DNA of 63,008 nucleotides, filler included, from Clostridia bacterium (lineage in GTDB: Bacteria; Bacillota; Clostridia; Acetivibrionales; JBAZRJ01): NCBI GenBank assembly GCA_041662985.1. It is 3 parts of 3 records of this genome, joined end to end, with 100 filler letters (N's around TTAATTAATTAA, not from the genome) between each part and the next. Parts side by side here need not be neighbours in the genome. Positions count along the whole stretch, not along the records: positions 1 to 24,528 come from JBAZRJ010000031.1; 2 more parts are not named here. One strand, 5' to 3'. The position numbers were made by a program, and so were the translations under genes. Below, piece after piece: positions 1 to 9,753 of this stretch. Below the pieces are notes generated by a model, which had not been told where the DNA came from, made no database searches, and worked only from the letters and a program-made list of their open reading frames with translations. Within the stretch, counting starts at the first letter, position 1. The number at the start of each line of letters is the position of its first letter.

Positions 1-575
1 TCTTTTTTAATGATTCCGGCTTTTTCATAAGCAATTTCGGATAATGTGTTTCCGAGAATGTCAGTATGATCGTAACTTATCGTTGTTATTACAGAAAGCA
101 TAGGAGAATCAATTATATTCGTCGAATCGAATCTTCCTCCGAGCCCAACTTCCAAGACCACAACATCACAATTCATCTCGCAGAAATATTGGAATGCGAT
201 CGCTGTGACTATTTCAAATTCGGTAGGATTGCCTTTGCCTTGCGCAAGCATAATACCGACATTTTTCTTTGCAAATTCGGTGATTCTTGCGATATCATCA
301 TTGGCAATCTCTACATTATTCACTTTAATTCTCTCTGAAAATCTTTCGATATAAGGCGAAATATAAGTTCCGACTTTATAGCCTGATTTTATTAATATTT
401 CGTTTATGAATGCAACAGTCGATCCCTTGCCGTTTGTGCCCGCAACATGAACATATCTGAGCTTTTTATGGGGATTTCCCATTAAACTCATCAATGTCTT
501 CATATTGTCTAAACCAAGCTTTATCCCAAATTTCAATGAATTATGAATATAATCCATTGCATCATTATAATTCAT
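1..575 (-). CDS. folC: Folylpolyglutamate synthase/dihydrofolate synthase (3' end runs off window)
   Basis: Manual translation from ATG 575: MNYNDAMDYIHNSLKFGIKLGL...VHVAGTNGKGST...PTEFE...LEVGLGGRFDSTN...YDHTDILG; not in ORF track because truncated. Confidence 0.93.
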   Translation of the reverse strand, partial: MNYNDAMDYIHNSLKFGIKLGLDNMKTLMSLMGNPHKKLRYVHVAGTNGKGSTVAFINEILIKSGYKVGTYISPYIERFSERIKVNNVEIANDDIARITEFAKKNVGIMLAQGKGNPTEFEIVTAIAFQYFCEMNCDVVVLEVGLGGRFDSTNIIDSPMLSVITTISYDHTDILGNTLSEIAYEKAGIIKK

Positions 576-585
576 ATTCGTATCC

Positions 586-3327
586 TTAGTTTGCCCCACA
601 GCATTTCTTGTATTTCTTTCCGCTTCCGCATGGGCACAGGTCGTTGCGTCCAACCTTTTCTTCGCTTCTGGTTATAGGTTTTTTAGGACCTTCGTCCCCA
701 CCCAAACCCTCAGATGTAGGTTCCAGAACCTGTTCTCTTTCAGGCATGTGTTCGGCGTCAATATGTGATTTGAGCAGGAGTTTTACAGAATCCTCCTGAA
801 TTGATGCAATCATTTCTTCGAACATGTTAAAGCCCTCAAATTTGTATTCTATTACAGGATCTCTCTGACCATAAGCTCTAAGCCCGATTCCGTATCTCAA
901 CTGATCCATTGCGTCAATGTGATCCATCCATTTTTCGTCAACTACTCTCAAAAGAATTACACGCTCAATTTCCCGCATCAATTCAGATCCGAATTCTTCT
1001 TCTTTTTTATCATATATTTTTAGTGCCAAATCTTCGAGTTTTTCTTTTAAATCCTCTTTGGTCAATGTTTCAAATTCTTTTTTGCTTACTTTAAACTGTC
1101 CCGGCTCAAGGAAAATTTCTTCTGCATTTCGTCCCAGTGCTTCCAAATCCCAGTCATCCGGATATGGACCCTGTGAACAAAAAGTAGCTATTATGCTGTC
1201 AACCATTCCTGAAATCATAGAAATGAAATATTCTTTAAGATTCTCTCCACCCAGTACCTTTTTCCTCTGCTCGTAAATGATTCCTCTTTGAGTGTTCATT
1301 ACATCATCATATTGAAGAACCTGTTTTCTTATATCAAAGTTCTTACCCTCGACTTTTCTCTGCGCACTTTCAATAGCATTTGAAAGCATCTTATGTTCAA
1401 TCGGCTGGTCGTCCTCTAAACCAAGAACTTCAACTATCCTGGTTAATCTATCTGATCCGAATAATCTCATCAGATCGTCTTCAAGGGAAATATAGAATCT
1501 CGATGAACCCGGATCCCCCTGTCGGCCTGAACGCCCTCTCAACTGATTATCAATACGTCTGGACTCATGCCTTTCGGTACCAATAATGTGGAGACCGCCG
1601 GCTTCAACTACTTTATCACGTTCGATATTTGTATCGCGCTTGTGTTTTTCATATAATTTTTTATAGACATTTCTTGCCTCCACTAATTTTTCATCGGTTG
1701 TTTCGTTAAACCCGGTTGAATAATTAATTAATTCATCCGAGAAATCCATCTTTTTCATTTCTTCTTTCGACATATATTCTGCATTACCGCCAAGCACAAT
1801 ATCGGTACCACGGCCGGCCATGTTTGTTGCTATCGTTACAGCCCCGTATTTACCTGCTTGTGCAATGATTTCAGCTTCCTTTTCATGAAACTTTGCATTC
1901 AAAACCTGGTGGTTTATTCCGCGTCTTCTGATCATATTGCTCAAAAGCTCCGATTTTTCAATCGAAATTGTACCGATTAGCACCGGCTGTCCGCGTTCAT
2001 TACACTCGATTACATCATTTATTACAGAATTAAATTTTCCCAATTCATTCTTATAGACGCTGTCTGCAAAATCTGTCCTGATCATATCCATATTTGTAGG
2101 AATAACCACAACATCAAGCTTATAAATTGTGTTGAATTCCTGCTCCTCGGTTTGCGCCGTTCCGGTCATACCTGCAAGCTTTTTATACATTCTGAAATAA
2201 TTTTGGAATGTTATCGTCGCAAGAGTCTTGCTCTCCCTCTCAACTTTAACATTTTCCTTTGCCTCAATAGCCTGATGAAGTCCTTCGCTGTATCTTCTTC
2301 CGTACATAAGACGGCCGGTGAATTCATCAACAATTATTATTTCACCGTCTTTAATTACATAATCCTTATCGCGTTTCATAAGTCCGTTAGCTCTTAAAGC
2401 CTGGTTGATATGGTGAAGCACTGTCATATTTTCAGAGTCTGAAAGATTTTCAATATTAAAATACTGCTCGGCTTTTTTAACACCGTCAGCGGTTAGATTT
2501 ACCGAATGCGCTTTTTCGTCAACCAAATAATCAGCATCATGATCGTCATTTGTCTGTTTGTCATCAAGCTGTTTGAATACCTTTGCTTTAAGTCTGAGTG
2601 CAAATGAATTCGCCCTTTTGTACATATCCGTTGATTTATCGCCTGAACCCGAAATAATAAGAGGCGTTCTCGCTTCATCAACCAATATGCTGTCAACCTC
2701 ATCGACGATTGCATAATGCAAACCCCTCTGAGTCATTTCCTCTTTGTAAATAACCATGTTATCCCTTAGGTAGTCAAAACCGAGTTCGTTATTTGTGGCG
2801 TATGTAATATCGCTGTTATACGCTGTGCGTCTTTGTTCGTTATCAAGATCATGAACAATGAGCCCTACAGTGAGTCCAAGAAATTTATACACTTTACCCA
2901 TCCACTCGCTGTCACGTCTTGCCAGGTAGTCATTAACAGTTACAACATGAACGCCGTTTCCGGCAAGTGCGTTCAAATAAACAGGCAATGTAGCAACAAG
3001 GGTTTTTCCCTCACCGGTTTTCATCTCTGAAATTCTTCCCTGGTGAAGAACAATACCGCCAATGATTTGGACTTTGAACGGTTTCATCTCAAGAACTCTC
3101 CAGGATGCTTCTCTGACAACGGCAAATGCCTCGGGCAAAATGTCGTCAAGAGTTTCTCCATCTTCCAGTCTCTTTTTAAATTCCGCCGTCTTTGCTGAAA
3201 GCTGTGTATCAGTTAGCTTTTCAATTTCAGGTTCAAACTCCGTAACCTGATTTGCTATTGGTATAATTCTCTTTAATTCTCTGTCACTGTAAGAACCTAT
3301 TACTTTTTCCAAAACTTCTTTAATCAT
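586..3327 (-). CDS. secA: Preprotein translocase subunit SecA
   Basis: [38 protein letters not shown]-terminal SEC-C motif [22 protein letters not shown] 3327 preferred over TTG 3339 on RBS spacing. Confidence 0.98.
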   Translation of the reverse strand: MIKEVLEKVIGSYSDRELKRIIPIANQVTEFEPEIEKLTDTQLSAKTAEFKKRLEDGETLDDILPEAFAVVREASWRVLEMKPFKVQIIGGIVLHQGRISEMKTGEGKTLVATLPVYLNALAGNGVHVVTVNDYLARRDSEWMGKVYKFLGLTVGLIVHDLDNEQRRTAYNSDITYATNNELGFDYLRDNMVIYKEEMTQRGLHYAIVDEVDSILVDEARTPLIISGSGDKSTDMYKRANSFALRLKAKVFKQLDDKQTNDDHDADYLVDEKAHSVNLTADGVKKAEQYFNIENLSDSENMTVLHHINQALRANGLMKRDKDYVIKDGEIIIVDEFTGRLMYGRRYSEGLHQAIEAKENVKVERESKTLATITFQNYFRMYKKLAGMTGTAQTEEQEFNTIYKLDVVVIPTNMDMIRTDFADSVYKNELGKFNSVINDVIECNERGQPVLIGTISIEKSELLSNMIRRRGINHQVLNAKFHEKEAEIIAQAGKYGAVTIATNMAGRGTDIVLGGNAEYMSKEEMKKMDFSDELINYSTGFNETTDEKLVEARNVYKKLYEKHKRDTNIERDKVVEAGGLHIIGTERHESRRIDNQLRGRSGRQGDPGSSRFYISLEDDLMRLFGSDRLTRIVEVLGLEDDQPIEHKMLSNAIESAQRKVEGKNFDIRKQVLQYDDVMNTQRGIIYEQRKKVLGGENLKEYFISMISGMVDSIIATFCSQGPYPDDWDLEALGRNAEEIFLEPGQFKVSKKEFETLTKEDLKEKLEDLALKIYDKKEEEFGSELMREIERVILLRVVDEKWMDHIDAMDQLRYGIGLRAYGQRDPVIEYKFEGFNMFEEMIASIQEDSVKLLLKSHIDAEHMPEREQVLEPTSEGLGGDEGPKKPITRSEEKVGRNDLCPCGSGKKYKKCCGAN

Positions 3328-3356
3328 AACTTTCCTCAATTCCTTTATGTTCGTAT

Positions 3357-3653
3357 TTAAATTTTTTCATCCTCAAGTCTTTTCAAAATCAATTTATATC
3401 CGTCAGCTCCGTATTTTAAACATTTATTGACTCTGCTTATTGTTGCTGTGCTTGCTCCTGTTTTCTCAACAATCTCAGGATAATGCTTTTTTTCGCTCAA
3501 CATCTTTGCTACTTCAAGTCTCTGTGCAAGTGCTTTAATTTCATAGATTGTGCCGATATCCTCAAAAAAATTATAGCATTCTTCTACATTTTCCAGCAGT
3601 AAAATCGCTTTAAAAAGTTCGTCTGTGGAATCGTCCTTTAATTTTGAATTCAT
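3357..3653 (-). CDS. YerC/YecD family TrpR-related DNA-binding protein
   Basis: [43 protein letters not shown] pattern. Confidence 0.88.
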   Translation of the reverse strand: MNSKLKDDSTDELFKAILLLENVEECYNFFEDIGTIYEIKALAQRLEVAKMLSEKKHYPEIVEKTGASTATISRVNKCLKYGADGYKLILKRLEDEKI

Positions 3654-3676
3654 ATCGGCTTCCTCCCGGGTTTATC

Positions 3677-3751
3677 TGGTAGGGAATGTTGGACTTGAAC
3701 CAACGACTTCTACCGTGTGAAGGTAGCACTCTCCCGCTGAGTTAATCCCCC
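3677..3751 (-). tRNA. tRNA-Val(CAC)
   Basis: Cloverleaf GGGGGATTAACTCAGCGGGAGAGTG-CTACC TT CAC AC GGTAG-...GGTTCAAGTCC...ACCA. Confidence 0.93.
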
Positions 3752-3864
3752 AAGTCCTATTCTATTATAAATGATTGCGCGATAAAAAGAAAGGTACAAA
3801 ATAAAAAGCCGCCATTAAAAATAGACGGGGTAATTTTTAAAAAGTTCCTTTTTTAACACATAAA

Positions 3865-3896
3865 ACCCATTTTCATTAATATTAATAAAAATGGGT
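3865..3896 (-). terminator. Probable intrinsic terminator after SGNH gene
   Basis: ACCCATTTT...AAAATGGGT inverted repeat followed by a T-run on the minus strand. Confidence 0.55.
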
Positions 3897-3935
3897 CTGT
3901 TATCGAATTGATTAAATTTTAACGGACTCGAAGTG

Positions 3936-5093
3936 CTATTTTACCGTAACCCTGCATTTTGCGGTTTTCTTGCCGTCAACCGTATAAACATAGATATTAA
4001 CGGTTCCCCTTCTGTTCCCTTTTACAATGCCGGTCGAGTTAACGGTTGCGATGGCTTTACTACCTGATTTCCATGTCAGCTTCCTGTTTTTTGCGTTTGT
4101 TGGATATACTTTTGCGATTAATTTATAAGATTTTCCTTTAACAAGCGTCAGTTTTGTTTTATTGAGTTTTACACTCTTTACACGAATAGGTGCCGGTGTT
4201 GGTTTGGGAGTTGGCTTCACAGTTGCTGTCGGGGTACGCGTTGGCGAAGGTGTCGGTGAAGGTGCTGCATAAACAGATAAATTCGCTTCATTGTAAATTT
4301 TTATCGCAAGCTGATCATATCCGTTTGCATTCGGATGCAAGCCATCGAGAATTACAGCAGTATTGGGATTATTGGCATCATTGATTGTACTGAAAGACCA
4401 GAAATCAATCAAGGTCATTGTTTCAGTGGCAGTCTTTTTTTGTAAAAGCCATGCATTTATTTCTCTTAAAACCGGAAGTTGTGCCACATGATCGGGACTG
4501 TTAAGCCCTGTGCGAACTCCCAAATTAAAAACAATCGGTTTAATATTGTTTGCAACAGCTGAATCAATCATAGCTCCCAGATTGTTCTCAACATCAATTG
4601 CCGATACACTGGGAAGCATCAAATCATTTATCCCGCATATAATTACGACAAAATCAGGTTTTTTATTTAGTGTTTTAGTATCTGTCGCAGGAACCTGACC
4701 AAATAAAGGTTCTTCGGCAAGAACATCCCTGCTCCATCTTTTTTTTATTTGTGATGTTATTTGGCCGCTCACCCCATGATTAAATATAGGGATGTTTAGT
4801 AAGGTTTCAAGACCTTTGGCAATAGTGTGATCAGCATTCTTATAATTAAGGTCAACAACTTTGCCTTTTACTGCATAAAGTCTGCCATCAGTATATGGGC
4901 TGCCCTGGGCAATGCTGTCGCCGATTACAACACCTGTAAAGTTACCGGAATCACTTAAGTATGCTGTGTTAAGCAGAACCGCCTTTGAATTTACAGTCAG
5001 GTCGTTTTGTCCTGCGTGCACAACAGAAATAACCGATAGTGGAATCGATATGAACATTGTTGCCGCAATAAAAATACTCAATATTCTTTTCAT
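3936..5093 (-). CDS. Secreted SGNH/GDSL hydrolase with Pro/Thr linker and C-terminal Big_2 Ig-like domain
   Basis: Signal peptide; GDSI, NHGVSG, GIND, DGLHPN blocks; PTP linker; VKSVKLNKTKLTL...LTWKS...IATVNSTG. Confidence 0.85.
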   Translation of the reverse strand: MKRILSIFIAATMFISIPLSVISVVHAGQNDLTVNSKAVLLNTAYLSDSGNFTGVVIGDSIAQGSPYTDGRLYAVKGKVVDLNYKNADHTIAKGLETLLNIPIFNHGVSGQITSQIKKRWSRDVLAEEPLFGQVPATDTKTLNKKPDFVVIICGINDLMLPSVSAIDVENNLGAMIDSAVANNIKPIVFNLGVRTGLNSPDHVAQLPVLREINAWLLQKKTATETMTLIDFWSFSTINDANNPNTAVILDGLHPNANGYDQLAIKIYNEANLSVYAAPSPTPSPTRTPTATVKPTPKPTPAPIRVKSVKLNKTKLTLVKGKSYKLIAKVYPTNAKNRKLTWKSGSKAIATVNSTGIVKGNRRGTVNIYVYTVDGKKTAKCRVTVK

Positions 5094-5276
5094 AAAACTT
5101 TGCTCCCCGGAAATAAGTTCGTTATTTTGGATTCTTAATTTGCTCGATTTTTATAGTTGGTACAGCAACGGTCTTTTCGGCCTTTTTTTTCTTCTTTTCT
5201 CTTTTCTTCGGACTTTTATCTCCCATCAAATGCACCTTCCTTTTCACAGATATTTAAATCTTACGCTAATTTTATA

Positions 5277-6419
5277 TCATTTTGACTTTTTATTCAATCG
5301 TTTGTTCTTATACATCAGTTTATCAATGTGTTTCTGGAAATCTTCAACGGTCAAATGCGATTGGAAGTCATAAACGGCATATCCCACACTAAAACTGAGC
5401 TTATAAAGATTGCCTTCATGCTTATTGAAATCATCTGAGCAACTTCTGATTTTTGAAACAACTGTCTCCAAGTCATTAATGTTTGATGTGTCAAGAACAA
5501 TATAGAACTCATCTCCGCCGAATCTTGCAATAAAATCATTCTTGCTGAGACAACTTTTTAATAACTTCACAGAAGATTCCAGCGCAATGTCACCAATATG
5601 ATGCCCAAAAGTATCGTTAATTAATTTAAAATCGTCTATATCAATCATGATTACAGAAAAAGTCTTATTCTCGGTGCTCATATCGATTTTATCCTTCATG
5701 AAAGTTTCAAGTTTTTTACGGTTGTAAACCCCCGTTATATAGTCAGTGTTAATCGTATGGTTTTGAATGCTAATAAATACGATCAACAAGGAGAACGCAA
5801 CGCCGTTTAGCATTATTGGCATTCCATAAAAAAAGATTTGCAATATTACACAAATGAATGGAAAGACCGGGAAAAACACCAGTGAAAAGTAGTACTTCTT
5901 TTTTATGTTTTTCCGATTTGTCACTATTAAAACAGAAGCCATAATGATCAGAGCAACTGTCATTGAAACAGGAAGCCAAAACAGCGGACCTCTGTGATAT
6001 ATATTTCCTGAATCAATATAGTAAAACCATCCGAAATTTTGAGATATAACCAAAATTATTGCATTTACTGCATTCAGTGCAATTAAGGGGAAAATCAGTT
6101 TTTTCATTCTTCTCTCTTCGTGAAAAACTTGATAATGGGCATAAAGCAACCAAAGAGAAGGTAAAACCGGGTTAAGCAGAAAAATTATGAAATTTCCCGC
6201 TTGGTTGACTGGTGAATAAATTGTACCGGGATTACCGTCAAATCTGCTGAATACATCAGTGAGAAGAAGAAGAATAGAAATTCCCAGCATAAAAATGTAA
6301 AGTTTATCCTGCAGAAATTTTCTCCCTATTTGTCTGACAACATGGATGTATATAAGCAACAACAGCAAAATTGAATATAAGTTTAATGTGAAGTTACTTG
6401 TAAAATTCAAAAGCCGCAT
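5277..6419 (-). CDS. Membrane-bound GGDEF diguanylate cyclase
   Basis: About 7 hydrophobic segments followed by DIDDFKLINDTFGH..GD and ARFGGDEF; start uncertain (ATG 6419 or TTG 6410). Confidence 0.9.
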   Translation of the reverse strand: MRLLNFTSNFTLNLYSILLLLLIYIHVVRQIGRKFLQDKLYIFMLGISILLLLTDVFSRFDGNPGTIYSPVNQAGNFIIFLLNPVLPSLWLLYAHYQVFHEERRMKKLIFPLIALNAVNAIILVISQNFGWFYYIDSGNIYHRGPLFWLPVSMTVALIIMASVLIVTNRKNIKKKYYFSLVFFPVFPFICVILQIFFYGMPIMLNGVAFSLLIVFISIQNHTINTDYITGVYNRKKLETFMKDKIDMSTENKTFSVIMIDIDDFKLINDTFGHHIGDIALESSVKLLKSCLSKNDFIARFGGDEFYIVLDTSNINDLETVVSKIRSCSDDFNKHEGNLYKLSFSVGYAVYDFQSHLTVEDFQKHIDKLMYKNKRLNKKSK

Positions 6420-6619
6420 CCCCTCTTTAAAATTCTCGATATCTATATGGATTTTCGTGACCCACAATGTCCACAAAAAATAGAATCGTCATCGTTACTA
6501 TTTCCACATCCGCAGTGCCACGCTTTGATATCTGCTGAAGAACCATACGGAATTACATTACTGTATAAAAATTATTATATCACTATTTACATATCAATAC
6601 ATTTTTTATAATATCACCC

Positions 6620-6747
6620 TAATATCCTCGGACCAAAACTCCGTTGTTTGTTCATATAAAAAAATACCAAAATCTAATGATTTTAGCACTCCGCTATATT
6701 TCAGTAATCAATACATATCAAAAAGTTTAATGCGGTAAAAATGCGGT
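6620..6747. repeat. Cassette-module copy M1: core site, hairpin and ATGCGG repeats
   Basis: TATCCTCGGA-CCAAAAC-TCCGTTGTT (core 6628-6644) ... TATCAAAAAGTTTAATGCGGTAAAAATGCGGT; aligns with 13872-13990 and 18071-18188. Confidence 0.8.
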
Positions 6748-6793
6748 TCTATAATTTTGATGAATTTGTTAGGATTCACCTTTGTGCATTTAT

Positions 6794-7303
6794 TCATTCT
6801 AAATTAAATGAAAATTCAATTGTAGATTTTTCAATATCATCAATAGTTTCTACATATATTTTGTCAATTATTGCTTCAAAACTTTCGTTAAAGCAAATAA
6901 GTTCATCCATCGCTTTATCAAATTCAACTTGTCCATAAACTCTTCCAATAGTTAAGTGAGGACAATATGTTAACTTTCTATATAGAAAACTCTCCAATAT
7001 TTCGCTATATAATTTATCATGGAGTTCTATTATAGAGTCGTTTCCTTTTTTTACATTGAGGAACAAATACCCATCTCTAAAATCACCTGTAACATCCTTT
7101 AACTGAATGCTAAACTTTTTCATGCCTTTTAATTTCTCATTGAGATGCTTTTTTAACTCAACCGTCGATATGGCACTATCAAAGGGGAAAACAATGGTGA
7201 TATGAGGGGCAATAGAATTTGCAAGTGGGTCATATTTTTCTCTAATATGTTTAATCATATCAATATTTTCTAAATTCGGAAATATAACAATTGCTCTTTT
7301 CAA
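6794..7303 (-). CDS. 2H phosphoesterase / 2'-5' RNA ligase family protein
   Basis: Two HxT motifs: PHITIVFPF and PHLTIGR. Confidence 0.88.
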   Translation of the reverse strand: MKRAIVIFPNLENIDMIKHIREKYDPLANSIAPHITIVFPFDSAISTVELKKHLNEKLKGMKKFSIQLKDVTGDFRDGYLFLNVKKGNDSIIELHDKLYSEILESFLYRKLTYCPHLTIGRVYGQVEFDKAMDELICFNESFEAIIDKIYVETIDDIEKSTIEFSFNLE

Positions 7304-7383
7304 AAAAATCCCCTCCTAAACTTTTGCGGAAATCCGCAAATAGTAATTTTCTTATACTTTTCCAGGCCTGAGCAAGCAAATAC

Positions 7384-8352
7384 TTAGCTATACCCATCTG
7401 CGATTTCGATTGGCTTTTTTATCCAACAGTCGAAGAATCCCAAAATACCTTTAGCTATGTCTTCACTCACATTATCTTCAATTTCAAAATAACAACTAAG
7501 ATATTCATACATGTAATAAAAAAAACTATGGTAACAATAGTACGCAAGCCGGTCGTTATTCAATTTATATCTAATTTCGTTCGCTAATAATATATCATTT
7601 ATCATTTTAATATTTTGATTATTAGTCATAAAAAACCAGGCATCACGCTCGATTGGCGAAAGCATCGGAAAGTCCCAATCAATTATCGTAAAATTATCAC
7701 CATTTATTATGGAGTTGCCGCCCGCATCGCCGTGAGTGATATAATAATTGCTTTTATCAGATCTGCACCTATCTGCAAACATTGTAAGTCTATTCGCTTT
7801 ATGCTTTACAATCTCATCATTGTTTCCTAAATAAGATACAACTTCCTTTAAGATCAAACCTGTAGCATTTTGCTTCAAATTTTTGAGATTTTCATAATAA
7901 CTATCAATACACCCAACACTAAAGTCCTCTTTTTTTATTTTTATATTCGGCGCCGAAATCTTATAAATGGGTGCAAGTTTTTCGAACAGTCTTGATATTT
8001 CATAGTTCTCAGTATTTTCACCTTCAACATAATCAAAAATACCCATAACCCCTGAACGAAAAATAGTATATAAAGTATTCTCTTTAGTTTTTAAAATTTT
8101 GCAGATATGTTTAATGCCATTATTGTTTAAATGTTCTATTATGTCGAAGCTATTGATATATATATGTTTGTGCGGAATGGAGTAATCAATCTTTGCAAAA
8201 TATTTACCTTTTGTTGTTGCAATTTTCCATGTTTCCCCAAAGAAGCCACGCTTTGCCTCATCAATACTTTCTATCTGAATGTCATAATTATTTTCTAGAA
8301 AAATCTTCAACTCATAAATATATTGAGAGTCACGGATAATCTTATTATACAT
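7384..8352 (-). CDS. Aminoglycoside phosphotransferase/choline kinase-like protein
   Basis: RGFFGETW loop, Brenner-like ITHGDAGGN, IIDWD, ERD. Confidence 0.82.
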   Translation of the reverse strand: MYNKIIRDSQYIYELKIFLENNYDIQIESIDEAKRGFFGETWKIATTKGKYFAKIDYSIPHKHIYINSFDIIEHLNNNGIKHICKILKTKENTLYTIFRSGVMGIFDYVEGENTENYEISRLFEKLAPIYKISAPNIKIKKEDFSVGCIDSYYENLKNLKQNATGLILKEVVSYLGNNDEIVKHKANRLTMFADRCRSDKSNYYITHGDAGGNSIINGDNFTIIDWDFPMLSPIERDAWFFMTNNQNIKMINDILLANEIRYKLNNDRLAYYCYHSFFYYMYEYLSCYFEIEDNVSEDIAKGILGFFDCWIKKPIEIADGYS

Positions 8353-8755
8353 AAGCCTTATTCCCCCACCAACCTGGCAATAATTCTTTTAATTTAACTA
8401 TTTCTTTTGTTTCGTAGTCAGTTAAAATCTCAATATCAGAACTATTCTTATCTAATTGCATTAAATATTCTCTGCAGGCACCGCAAGGTTTTACAACACT
8501 GCCGTCGCTCATTACACAAACTAACTTCACAATTTGGCTTTCATCATTCGTTATCATATTGGCGATTGCGTTTTGTTCAGCACACATCCCTAACCCGCAT
8601 GCAGCATCAATGCATACCCCAGTAAACACTTTACCGCTTTTAGTTAAAATACAAGCTGATACATCTCCTGACTTAATAAACGGTGAAATTATCCGTGGAT
8701 TCAATTTTTCTTTTGCCATATTATAAAGATGTTCCCATGTAATACCTGCCATCAA
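8345..8755 (-). CDS. Cytidine deaminase family protein
   Basis: Zn motifs CAEQNAI and PCGACRE; overlaps the downstream kinase gene by 8 bp. Confidence 0.9.
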   Translation of the reverse strand: MMAGITWEHLYNMAKEKLNPRIISPFIKSGDVSACILTKSGKVFTGVCIDAACGLGMCAEQNAIANMITNDESQIVKLVCVMSDGSVVKPCGACREYLMQLDKNSSDIEILTDYETKEIVKLKELLPGWWGNKAYV

Positions 8756-8796
8756 TTATCTCCATTCTACTTCTTTATATTTATAATTTATGTTAT

Positions 8797-8905
8797 GATT
8801 TTATCATTTTCTATCTGATGAGTAAACAAATAATGGGAAACAAAAAGCTATATCCACGGATTCCTGGTCCGTTGCTTTCAAATAAAAACACCAAAATCAA
8901 ATGAA
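8797..8905. repeat. Cassette-module copy M2: promoter, core site and partial hairpin
   Basis: Minus-strand TTTACT-17-TAAAAT (8826-8798); ACGGA-TTCCTGG-TCCGTTGCTTT (8856-8878); ATAAAAACACCAAAATC. Confidence 0.85.
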
Positions 8906-9020
8906 ATGCTACATTACCGTAACAGAATAATAATTTACTGTATTGAAATAAATAATTATTGTAAATCCACTATTTATATGATATTCTTACATAGAAGTCA
9001 AATTCGGGAGGAATCTTTAT

Positions 9021-9500
9021 ATGTCGTCAAGAACCTTGGGAAGCCTTATGCGCATTTCGGTAATAGCCACCGCTATTTGTGGCTTGTTCCTCTTCATCTA
9101 TGTCATACCATCTTGGGGCGGGAGTATTATCAATGCAAATCCTGAATTTAGTGGATGGTTTCGGCCGTGGTTAATATTTGCATGGTTGGTCGCACTGCCA
9201 TGTTTTGCCATACTCGTTTTTGTATGGAAAGTGTCGGGTTCGGTGACTCAAGAGACCGTATTTACTGTCTTGACAGCAAAATGGGTCAAGATGGGGGCGG
9301 TATTACTTTTGTACGCTGCAGCGTTTCTGTTCATCGGCAATGTTGTGCTACTTTTACTTGATATGAACCATCCGGGCATCCTTCTCTTATCAATTATTGC
9401 GGATATTTTCGCTGTGGCGCTCGCCCTTTTAGCAGCTGTTCTTTCTCGCTATCTAACGAAAGCCGCCGTCCTTCAAGAGGAAAGCGAGGGAACACTATGA
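9021..9500 (+). CDS. DUF2975-like membrane protein
   Basis: Four hydrophobic segments, C-terminal KAAVLQEESEGTL, ATGA-coupled to an HTH gene (typical pair). Confidence 0.75.
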   Translation: MSSRTLGSLMRISVIATAICGLFLFIYVIPSWGGSIINANPEFSGWFRPWLIFAWLVALPCFAILVFVWKVSGSVTQETVFTVLTAKWVKMGAVLLLYAAAFLFIGNVVLLLLDMNHPGILLLSIIADIFAVALALLAAVLSRYLTKAAVLQEESEGTL

Positions 9501-9715
9501 TAATAATAAACGTGGATGTTATGCTCGCAAAGCGCAAAATGAGTGTCACTGAACTTGCTGAGCGTGTTGGCTTTACAATGGCAAACGTTTCGATGATAAA
9601 GACGGGCAAAGTTAAGGCGCTCAAAATGTCTACGCTCGAAAAATTGTGTGAGGCTCTCGACTGCCAACCCTGCGATATTTTGGAATACAGAAAAGAGGTA
9701 AAAGTCGATGAATGA
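9497..9715 (+). CDS. XRE/YozG-family HTH transcriptional regulator
   Basis: IINVDVMLAKRKMSVTELAERVG...TGKVKA...LCEALDCQPCDILEY. Confidence 0.9.
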   Translation: MIIINVDVMLAKRKMSVTELAERVGFTMANVSMIKTGKVKALKMSTLEKLCEALDCQPCDILEYRKEVKVDE

Positions 9716-9753
9716 GACTGCAAAAATAATCAGCAATATAGTTTACGGAATCT

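Noticed and set aside
6420..6570. c-di-GMP riboswitch upstream of the GGDEF gene
   Set aside because: No recognisable class I or II consensus elements or terminator.
7323..7340. TTTGCGGA-AA-TCCGCAAA palindrome as another core site
   Set aside because: The spacer is 2 bp rather than 7 and no other module parts are adjacent.
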